A stretch of 64,000 bases of DNA, taken from positions 7,702 to 71,701 of the forward strand of contig CAYSCA010000002.1 of the NCBI GenBank assembly GCA_964429465.1, written 5' to 3'. A model generated the notes under the pieces. The model was not told the origin of the DNA. It searched no databases and saw only the letters and a program-made list of their open reading frames with translations. Numbering within the stretch: the first letter of the stretch is position 1; every line of letters begins with the position of its first letter. Shown one piece after another: positions 32,202 through 39,748 of this stretch. The position numbers and the translations under genes are program-made. The stretch is from an uncultured Rhodospirillaceae bacterium (GTDB taxonomy: Bacteria > Pseudomonadota > Alphaproteobacteria > Ferrovibrionales > Ferrovibrionaceae).

Positions 32202-33016
32202 TGTCGAACGCGGTTGCCTCCACGACCAACTTCTCGGAGGAAGAGTTTATGCATCCACGGCCAGAAGTGCTCGGCGTCCCCGTGAGCGCGCTGACCATGA
32301 ATGACGCCCTGGCATCCATAGACGAATGGATTACCCGGGCTCAGCGTCACTACATCTGCACCATCGATGTCCATGCGCTGGTTGAAAGTCAGTTCGCCTC
32401 GGATGTCCAGGCCATTTATCGCTCGGCCGCGATGGCCACGCCGGACGGCATGCCTCTCGTCTGGCTCCTGCGCCAGCAAGGCTACCCGGCCGCAGATCGC
32501 ATATGCGGTCCCGACCTGATGCCGGCAGTTTTCCGGATGTCGGAAGCGCGCGGCTACCGGCATTTCCTCTATGGTTCTTCCGAGGAGACGCTCCTGCTGA
32601 TCCGGCAGGAGCTCGGTCGCGAATTTCCTGAAGCAAGAATCGTAGGCCACCACTCGCCCCCATTCCGTCCGCTGACCCGCGACGAGGAGCAGGAGATCGA
32701 CGAAATGCTGAATGCCGCCAACCCAGATATTATCTGGGTCGGCCTCGGCGCCCCGAAACAGGATCGCTGGATGGCAGCGCATCGCGATGCATTGAACGCG
32801 CCGGTCCTGATCGGCGTGGGTGGGGCGTTCGAGATGATGGCCGGCAAGGTGAAGCGGGCGCCGCGAATGCTGCGGCGCACAGGTTTCGAGTGGGTGTTTC
32901 GCCTGGCCCAGGAGCCGCGTCGCCTTACCGGCCGCTATCTGCGATCCAATTTCCAGTTTGTCATGATGCTGGCCAGCCAGAGATGGCGTGCGGCGCGGCG
33001 TGCGGTGGACGCCTGA
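32201..33016 (+). CDS. WecB/TagA/CpsF family glycosyltransferase (GT26)
   Basis: ATG 32201 overlaps the upstream TGA by 1 nt. 'ATPDGMPLVWLLR...WVGLGAPKQDRWMA...GVGGAFEMMAGKVKRAP'. Confidence 0.85.
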   Translation: MSNAVASTTNFSEEEFMHPRPEVLGVPVSALTMNDALASIDEWITRAQRHYICTIDVHALVESQFASDVQAIYRSAAMATPDGMPLVWLLRQQGYPAADRICGPDLMPAVFRMSEARGYRHFLYGSSEETLLLIRQELGREFPEARIVGHHSPPFRPLTRDEEQEIDEMLNAANPDIIWVGLGAPKQDRWMAAHRDALNAPVLIGVGGAFEMMAGKVKRAPRMLRRTGFEWVFRLAQEPRRLTGRYLRSNFQFVMMLASQRWRAARRAVDA

Positions 33017-33075
33017 GGGATTGCGTTTGCTCCATACCGGATGTTCGTCTTCCAGCTTCAGCAGGAGAAACAAGC

Positions 33076-34458
33076 ATGCGAATTCGTGAATGCCGATCCT
33101 GCCAGAGCCGCTCGCTTCATATCATCCTCGATCTGGGAAACCATCCACCATCCAATGCGCTGCTTCCCTCGGCAGCAGCGGCCGAGAAGGAGGAACGCTA
33201 TCCGCTGCAGCTGGCATTCTGCGCGGACTGCGCGATGCTGCAACTGACTGAAACGGTCCCGCCCGAAATTCTGTATCAGCGCGACTTCCCCTATTATTCC
33301 TCTTCATCTCCCGCTCTGCTGCAGCATGCTTCGGACATCGCCGACCGCCTGATCCGGGAGCGGCACCTCGGCCCCGACAATCTCGTCGTGGAGGTTGCAA
33401 GTAACGATGGCTACCTGTTGCGAAATTTTCTCGAACGGGGAGTTCCATGCCTCGGTATTGACCCGGCAGACGGCCCCGCCGAGCAGGCGCGTAGGTCGGG
33501 TATTTCCACGCTGACCGACTTTTTCTCTCTCAGATTGGCGGACCGCCTCGCGGGCGAGGGATATCGGGCCGATGTCATGGTCGCCAACAATGTCCTGGCT
33601 CATGTCCATGCAATCAACGACTTCGTCGCCGGCTTTGCCAGGCTTCTGGCGGACGACGGTGTCGCGGTGTTTGAGATCGCTTATGCCGTCGACATGATCC
33701 AGAAATGCGAGTTCGATACCATATACCATGAACACCACTTCTATCACACGCTGCACGGACTCATCCCGCTCTTTGCCCGGCACGGTCTGCACATAAACGA
33801 CGTCCAGCGGCTCCCCATTCATGGCGGGTCGTTACGCCTCTGGGTGAGCAGGGATACCAGGCAGAGTGCCTCGTTCGAGCAACTGTTTCGCTACGAGCGG
33901 GAACTCGGGGTCGATCGCCTGGACTGGTATGAAGGCTTTGCCGAGCGCGTCGCCGAGCTCAGAGAGTCGCTCAGCAGCATGCTGCGCGCCGAAAAGAGCC
34001 GGGGGAAACGGATCGCGGCCTACGGTGCCGCCGCGAAAGGGTCGACTCTCGTCAACTGCCTCGATCTGGAGCCTGGATTCTTCGAATTCGTAGCCGATGC
34101 CACCCCATTCAAGCACGGCAAACTGATGCCCGGCCAGCATATCCCGATTGTTCCCCCCGATCATCTGCTCAAAAGCCGGCCGGACCTGGTGCTGCTGCTG
34201 GCCTGGAATTTTGCCGGCGAAGTGCTCCACCAGCAGGCCGCCTATCGCGCTGCCGGCGGGCGGTTCCTCATCCCCATTCCGCGCCCCCGTATCATCGAGC
34301 CGGACGAGGGCATCGGCGAAGGGCAGTTTGCGCTCGGCATCCAACCGGCCCGGCGTGCTAACACGGAAGCGTCAGCGTCGCCTGACCGGTTGGCAGAGCC
34401 GTCGCCTTACGGAGGTGGGGCCGCTCCGCCCGACGCACCACAAGCGCATCCGTTATGA
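33076..34458 (+). CDS. SAM-dependent sugar C-methyltransferase-family protein (second paralog)
   Basis: ATG 33076 follows GCAGGAG. 'CRSCQS...LDLGNHPPSNAL...CADC' Zn-ribbon, 'EVASNDGYLL' motif I, 'IAAYGAAAKGSTLV...ADATPFKHGKLMPGQHIPIV'. Confidence 0.8.
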   Translation: MRIRECRSCQSRSLHIILDLGNHPPSNALLPSAAAAEKEERYPLQLAFCADCAMLQLTETVPPEILYQRDFPYYSSSSPALLQHASDIADRLIRERHLGPDNLVVEVASNDGYLLRNFLERGVPCLGIDPADGPAEQARRSGISTLTDFFSLRLADRLAGEGYRADVMVANNVLAHVHAINDFVAGFARLLADDGVAVFEIAYAVDMIQKCEFDTIYHEHHFYHTLHGLIPLFARHGLHINDVQRLPIHGGSLRLWVSRDTRQSASFEQLFRYERELGVDRLDWYEGFAERVAELRESLSSMLRAEKSRGKRIAAYGAAAKGSTLVNCLDLEPGFFEFVADATPFKHGKLMPGQHIPIVPPDHLLKSRPDLVLLLAWNFAGEVLHQQAAYRAAGGRFLIPIPRPRIIEPDEGIGEGQFALGIQPARRANTEASASPDRLAEPSPYGGGAAPPDAPQAHPL

Positions 34459-35783
34459 AGCAGGCGTGGTCCGTCTTTGCGCTGGCGCTGGGCTGGATCA
34501 TTCCCAACCGGCTGATGAAATTCGCCTTTATCGACCAGGTCGTGGCCAGCGGCGGAAACTTCCTGGGCGTGATCCTGCTCGCGCGCGCCCTGGGAATCTA
34601 CGAGCTTGGCCGGTTTGCTTTGGCGTGGATGCTGGTCGAGTTCATGGCCACGCTGCAATTTGCCGGCATTATTCAGCCCATGCTCAATATCGGGCCGAAG
34701 CAGCCCGAGGCGGATAGTCCCCGATACTATCATGCGGTGCTTGCCCAACAGGTCGCGGCCTGCATACTACTCGGTCTGCTGGCGTTTGCCGGCGTTCTGC
34801 TGACCGCCTGGCTTACGCCCATATCCAGATTGACCGAGATGGCACTGCCGTTGGGCGTCACAATCATCGCGTATCAACTATACGAATTCTTTCGCCGCTA
34901 TCTCTTCGCCCGGGGGCGCCCCGGAGCGGCTCTCGGCATAGACCTGCTACGGTTCGGATGCCAGCTTGGGGCGATCCTGGCGCTGCCTTATGCATTGCCC
35001 GATGCTACTGCGGAAGCTGGCATCTGGATCATCGCTGCGGCCTGTTCGATCGCCATGAGCCAGGGGGCCCGCCTGTTCGGCAGGTTCGAATGGAATGCTG
35101 CGGCCTTCCGCAGTGTACTGCGCCGCCACTGGCATTTCTCGAAATGGATGCTGCCCTCCGGCCTCATGTTCTGGGCGACCACACAGGCCTTCATGGCTGT
35201 ATCTGGGATCATGCTTGGTGCTGCCGCGACTGGCGCCCTGAAGGCGGCAACCACCATCACCGGTGTCCTGAATCTCCTGTTGCTGTCGCTGGACAATTTC
35301 GCGCCGGTGCAGGCAGCGCGTGCTCTGCATGAGGGCGGACCGGCGGAACTACGCCGTTACATCGGACGGTTGGCCGTGCTCTGCGCAACCCTGATTGCCG
35401 CCGCCATAGCATTGCTCAATGCCGCGCCGGATTATGTGGTGCACCTGCTCTACGGCGAGGAATATCAGGGGCTCGGCCAGCTCGTCCGGCTGTTATGCGC
35501 TCCGGCTGCCGTTTACGGAATCGGTGCTGTTCTGATCATCTGGGCCGCTGCCCTCGAGAATACGCGCCTTATTTTCTGGTCCTACGCAGTCGCAACCCCA
35601 TTCAGCGTCATCGTTGCTTTTCCTCTGGTCGAGTATGGAGGCATAACCGGACTGATCCTTTGCTCGCTTCTGGTGGAGAGCGTCCGGGTTGCGGTGCTTC
35701 TGATACCGCTCCTCCGCTGGAGCAGACGGAATGCCCATGACGGCGCACCCATTCGTCCGTTACCTGGCAATTCAGCGGCATAA
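34455..35783 (+). CDS. polysaccharide flippase (Wzx / MOP superfamily)
   Basis: 442-aa polytopic membrane ORF. ATGA overlap with the upstream gene. Confidence 0.75.
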   Translation: MKQAWSVFALALGWIIPNRLMKFAFIDQVVASGGNFLGVILLARALGIYELGRFALAWMLVEFMATLQFAGIIQPMLNIGPKQPEADSPRYYHAVLAQQVAACILLGLLAFAGVLLTAWLTPISRLTEMALPLGVTIIAYQLYEFFRRYLFARGRPGAALGIDLLRFGCQLGAILALPYALPDATAEAGIWIIAAACSIAMSQGARLFGRFEWNAAAFRSVLRRHWHFSKWMLPSGLMFWATTQAFMAVSGIMLGAAATGALKAATTITGVLNLLLLSLDNFAPVQAARALHEGGPAELRRYIGRLAVLCATLIAAAIALLNAAPDYVVHLLYGEEYQGLGQLVRLLCAPAAVYGIGAVLIIWAAALENTRLIFWSYAVATPFSVIVAFPLVEYGGITGLILCSLLVESVRVAVLLIPLLRWSRRNAHDGAPIRPLPGNSAA

Positions 35784-35794
35784 GGAGGTTTCTG

Positions 35795-36895
35795 TTGGCG
35801 ATCGAACGCGAACTCCTGCGCTACGCACTCTGGTCGACATGGGCCAGCGGCCTGCCGCGGCTAATGGCGCGGCGCCACGCGGGGCGGGGGGGTATCCTCT
35901 CCTTCCATCGGGTGCTGCCCCGTGGAAGCCAGACCTTTGCTTCGCAGGCTGTTCCCGTCACACCAGAGACATTCCGGGGGATTGTCCGGACGCTGAAGGA
36001 TCAGGGCTACAGTTTTCTGTCGATGAGTGGTCTTGCGGATTGGCTGCAGAGGCCAGAGGACATCGGCAAATTTGTCTGCCTGACATTCGATGACGGCTTT
36101 ACCGATACCTATACGCAGGCATTTCCCGTCTGCCAGGAGTTCGGTGTGCCTATGACTGTATATCTCGTGCCTAGCTTCGTCCGGCGCGAGTTTCCCCTCT
36201 GGCTGCTCGGCCTGGAGGCCGTGCTGGCCACGACAGACATCATCAGCCTTACGGTGGACGGGAGGGAATTCCAGTTTGCCGCCCGAACCGAACGGCAGAA
36301 GCGCTTCGCTTATCAGTCAGTGGCCCCGCTTCTCGTCGCCGCCAGACCTGAACAGGTCCGCGCGGTATGCCACGAACTGGAGCACCGCTACGGGATCGAC
36401 TTCGCCGCACTGGCTGCTCGCGATCTTCTGACGCCCGCAATGATCACAAACATGCAGGCCAGTGGGTTGGTAGAATTTGGGGCACATGGCGTTCATCATG
36501 CCTGCCTGGGGCGCCTGGATGAGGCTGAGGCCTACCGCGAGATCGCGCAGAGCAAGCAGGAATGTGAAGCCCTGCTTGGCGTGCCGGTGCATCACTTCGC
36601 CTATCCCTATGGCGACAGCGAGGCCGCCGGCCCGCGTGAGGCCGAGATGTGCCGAAGGCTTGGCTTCCGGACGGCGGTCACCACCGAGTGCAATACGATA
36701 TTCACCTCCGACCGCCTGCGTCCGTTCCTGCTGCCGCGTCTCACCTATAACGGCAACTTCCAGGATGCCCCCCTGCTCGAGTTGCTGCTGTCCGGAACCC
36801 TGCCGAGACTGCGACGGGCGTTGCGGGCTGGCGGCGCAACTGGAAAGGCCCAGTCGGCCAACGAGGCATGGAGCACCAGGGCTGAACAGGCCTAG
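35795..36895 (+). CDS. polysaccharide deacetylase family protein (NodB homology)
   Basis: TTG start 7 nt after AAGGAGG. 'LTFDDGFTDTYTQAFPVCQEFGVPMTVYLV', 'GAHGVHH', 'FAYPYGD'. Confidence 0.85.
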   Translation: MAIERELLRYALWSTWASGLPRLMARRHAGRGGILSFHRVLPRGSQTFASQAVPVTPETFRGIVRTLKDQGYSFLSMSGLADWLQRPEDIGKFVCLTFDDGFTDTYTQAFPVCQEFGVPMTVYLVPSFVRREFPLWLLGLEAVLATTDIISLTVDGREFQFAARTERQKRFAYQSVAPLLVAARPEQVRAVCHELEHRYGIDFAALAARDLLTPAMITNMQASGLVEFGAHGVHHACLGRLDEAEAYREIAQSKQECEALLGVPVHHFAYPYGDSEAAGPREAEMCRRLGFRTAVTTECNTIFTSDRLRPFLLPRLTYNGNFQDAPLLELLLSGTLPRLRRALRAGGATGKAQSANEAWSTRAEQA

Positions 36896-36950
36896 ACATT
36901 GAAGCGGCCGGTTCGCGACAAGGCATCCGGGATCTGCGGGGTGGAAGAGG

Positions 36951-37799
36951 TTGGCAATGGCAACAAAGGTTCACCAGCTGAAATACTCACGGAGCCTGGC
37001 AAAGGTCGTTGCCCCCAGGCTCGGGCGGCTGATGAGCGGCAGGCGTGCCCAGAATGCGCTTTCGTTTATAGAAATCGGCGCCCAGATACTGCAGGGGAAA
37101 GGCAGCGGTACGGGATGGGATTGCGATGCCGAGTTCAGAGCCGCCTCCCGCTATGTAAGTGAGGGCGCGGTAGTCTTCGATGTCGGAGCCAACAAGGGGG
37201 AGTGGACGAAAGCCATTCTCTCGCTCGGCCCGAAGATGGTCTACATGTTCGAGCCGCAGCAGAGCTGTGTAGACGCTTACCTGCGGCCGATGGAAAGCAA
37301 CCGCTGCAAGGTTATCCAGTCGGCAGTTGGTGAGCAGGAAGGTGAGAGTGCCTTTTACTCCCCATGTGAAAACGCGGGCAATGCATCGATCTACAATCGT
37401 CGGGATTCTTATTTCGCCGGACAGGATTTCCGGCGCTCGAATGTCAGGGTTTCGACCCTAGACACCTTCATTGAGGACGTCGGCATCACCCGCGTCGACT
37501 TCCTGAAGATCGATGTCGAGGGCCATGAATTCTATGTTCTGAAAGGTGCAAGGAACGCGATCAAACGCGGCGTCATCCGCGCCATTGCTTTCGAGTTCGG
37601 TTCCGCCGGCATATATGCTCGGGTTTTCTTTCGCGACATATGGGATTTCCTGACCGAAAACGGGTACCGGATCCGCAGAATTGTACCTGGCGGCGGTCTG
37701 GTCGAGATCGATTCCTACTACGAGGACCTGGAGCACTTCAGAGGTGTTTCCAATTACATTGCCGATCTACAGGGTGGGCCGGTCTGGTCCGTTCCCTGA
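36951..37799 (+). CDS. FkbM family methyltransferase
   Basis: 'VFDVGANKGEWT' and 'VDFLKIDVEGHEFYVLKGA' are FkbM hallmarks. Confidence 0.85.
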   Translation: MAMATKVHQLKYSRSLAKVVAPRLGRLMSGRRAQNALSFIEIGAQILQGKGSGTGWDCDAEFRAASRYVSEGAVVFDVGANKGEWTKAILSLGPKMVYMFEPQQSCVDAYLRPMESNRCKVIQSAVGEQEGESAFYSPCENAGNASIYNRRDSYFAGQDFRRSNVRVSTLDTFIEDVGITRVDFLKIDVEGHEFYVLKGARNAIKRGVIRAIAFEFGSAGIYARVFFRDIWDFLTENGYRIRRIVPGGGLVEIDSYYEDLEHFRGVSNYIADLQGGPVWSVP

Positions 37800-38708
37800 G
37801 GCAGCCTTCATAACGACGAACGCATGGTCGACCAGGCCGGGCCCCCCGAAATGACCGGGGTCACGACCCGCCATCAGCATCGCGTTGCGAAACAGGGGAT
37901 TTGGCGCGAGCTGCGCGATGGCTGACAAAGCCATGCGCTTGGCCGGCCCCATCGCCCGTCGCCCCTTATGGTTCACCAGAGAATACTGCGCGACGGAGAA
38001 TGGAAATCTTTCTGTCAGGTACTCGAAGGTCTTTCGGGTCCAGAATATCTGATGCTCGAACAGGTTTGTGTAGTACCAGCTGCCCGGATCCGGAATCGTG
38101 CGCCAGTCGCCGGTCTCGATGACGAGATACCCGCCGCTCCGGACAAAGGCGAGTACGTTGGCCACGGCTTTATCGGCCTCAAGGAAATGCTCGAAGACGT
38201 CGAAAGCGGTCACGACGTCGTAGGGCTGGTGGGACCATGTCACGCCCTGCTCAAGCTGGCCGATAATGTATTCGCCCCGTCCATCGATGACATTCCTGCA
38301 TGGCGCATATTGGACCACGTCCATGGCCGATAGCCGCTCGGCGCGATCGCCGAGCTGGGCGAGGAGGTCGCCGTTTGAGGCGCCGATATCCAGAAAGGAC
38401 CGTGCGTCCTCCAGATAGGGCCGCATCATTGACAGGGCGGGATGCTCGCCGGTCTTCGGGCGCCAGACGTCGGTCGCGCCGCTCGACATCACTCTGTCGC
38501 AGGCCTCGGCTGTGGGGACTTTCGATTTGAACAGCATGCTGCAGCGGCCGCATTCCAGCAGCGCGACGCCGCCGGAGGGAAGCGGGATCTCGAGCCGCCC
38601 GAAATGGTAGCCGGGGCGCCGGAGCGCGGACCGCGCCGTCCCGGCTTGGCCGCACAGGGGGCAGGCGACGATCTCCTGGTATTCGATCTCCAGCCGTCGG
38701 AATCCCAC
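37767..38708 (-). CDS. class I SAM-dependent methyltransferase with N-terminal Zn-ribbon
   Basis: 'CPLCGQ...CGRC', motif I 'FLDIGASNGDL'. GTG 38708 follows GAGGGGG and is preferred. The ATG at 38774 would overlap the neighbouring gene. The 3' end overlaps the FkbM gene by 33 nt. Confidence 0.7.
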   Translation of the reverse strand: MGFRRLEIEYQEIVACPLCGQAGTARSALRRPGYHFGRLEIPLPSGGVALLECGRCSMLFKSKVPTAEACDRVMSSGATDVWRPKTGEHPALSMMRPYLEDARSFLDIGASNGDLLAQLGDRAERLSAMDVVQYAPCRNVIDGRGEYIIGQLEQGVTWSHQPYDVVTAFDVFEHFLEADKAVANVLAFVRSGGYLVIETGDWRTIPDPGSWYYTNLFEHQIFWTRKTFEYLTERFPFSVAQYSLVNHKGRRAMGPAKRMALSAIAQLAPNPLFRNAMLMAGRDPGHFGGPGLVDHAFVVMKAASGNGPDRPTL

Positions 38709-38745
38709 CCTGCGCCCCCTCGATGGTCGGTCGTGTCCGGCGATG

Positions 38746-39489
38746 CTACTCCGACTCCGGCCGCTGCGAATCATCAGCTGTGAGGGGCGCCTGTGACAAA
38801 TGCATGACTGGAACGAACCGGCTGATAATCTTCCAGGCTCCAGGAAGCTGTGCCTTCGAAAATGTTCGCTCGACGCCGACAGCGTATTGCCGCAGCGACC
38901 ACGCGGCTTCGTTCATGTTCGTCAGCTGACCGGGGATAACCTCCGCCCGGCTGTCTGTGGCGATGGTTGTGACATTCGAGAGCACAACATCGTCACCGGG
39001 ATTCACCGGCAGCTCCGGATCGATCAGGATGCAGTCGCGCGCGCGATAGACGGGGCTGTTGTGTTCGTCCTGAACGACGATGGCAAATGCGGTCGGCGGG
39101 AGTGGAATGAGGTCGGGTCTATCCGCTGCACCGAATTCTTCTTTGACGTGCAGAATCCAGAAGCCTTGTGAAGACAGCGTGGTGCGTATCAATGGTGGTG
39201 TCGTCTCGCCTGCCGCCGACCATGGCAGCGCGCTCACATCGTCGATGCCGACATCGTCCGCACCGGCTTTTCCCTCGATGAGGCGGAGCAGCTGCGCTTC
39301 GCCAATCTTCAGGAATGACGCGGCTTTTGCGATCTCGCCGGGTTGAAATTTCCGCCGGCCCTTGATCATTTCATAGACGCGCACCGGCGGCAGTTCGAGA
39401 TGACGTGCGAGGTCTGATGCGGTCGCGTTCACTGCGCGCAGACGCGGGCGCAGCCATGGCATCGGTTGTCTCGTCACCCTCTGCTTCAT
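38746..39489 (-). CDS. XRE-type HTH / S24 (LexA/CI-like) repressor-like protein
   Basis: ATG 39487-39489 ('MKQRVTRQPMPWLRPRLRAVNATASDLARHLELPPVRVYEMIKGRRKFQ'). The C-terminal half 'AIVVQDEHNSPVYRARDCILIDPELPVNPGDDVVL' resembles the S24 fold. Confidence 0.65.
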   Translation of the reverse strand: MKQRVTRQPMPWLRPRLRAVNATASDLARHLELPPVRVYEMIKGRRKFQPGEIAKAASFLKIGEAQLLRLIEGKAGADDVGIDDVSALPWSAAGETTPPLIRTTLSSQGFWILHVKEEFGAADRPDLIPLPPTAFAIVVQDEHNSPVYRARDCILIDPELPVNPGDDVVLSNVTTIATDSRAEVIPGQLTNMNEAAWSLRQYAVGVERTFSKAQLPGAWKIISRFVPVMHLSQAPLTADDSQRPESE

Positions 39490-39748
39490 CGCATGAGCCT
39501 TCCTGAATCCGAGACTGGAGGTTGGCGTATAAAATCCCGCTGCCCGTTTACGATTACCGGAAAATAACGTTGGCCGCCCGACCTGAGTGACTAGGTTCCT
39601 GAACCAGCGGAGAGGTCGTTGCTGTACTCCGCTCGGTCCCGCAGCGACCCTTTGTTGCGATCTGTGTGCCGTTGTCCCTGTCCCCCGCAGGCGATGACAG
39701 ATGATTACCCAGCCGGCTTTCAATGCCGGCGTTTGAAGGAGAAGAATT

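Noticed and set aside
39594-39605. GGTTC-N2-GAACC as an SOS box
   Set aside because: The alphaproteobacterial LexA site I know is a direct repeat, GAAC-N7-GAAC (GTTC-N7-GTTC). This is an inverted repeat with 2-nt spacing and only 5-bp arms, so it could be chance. It is mentioned only as a candidate operator for the adjacent S24-like protein.
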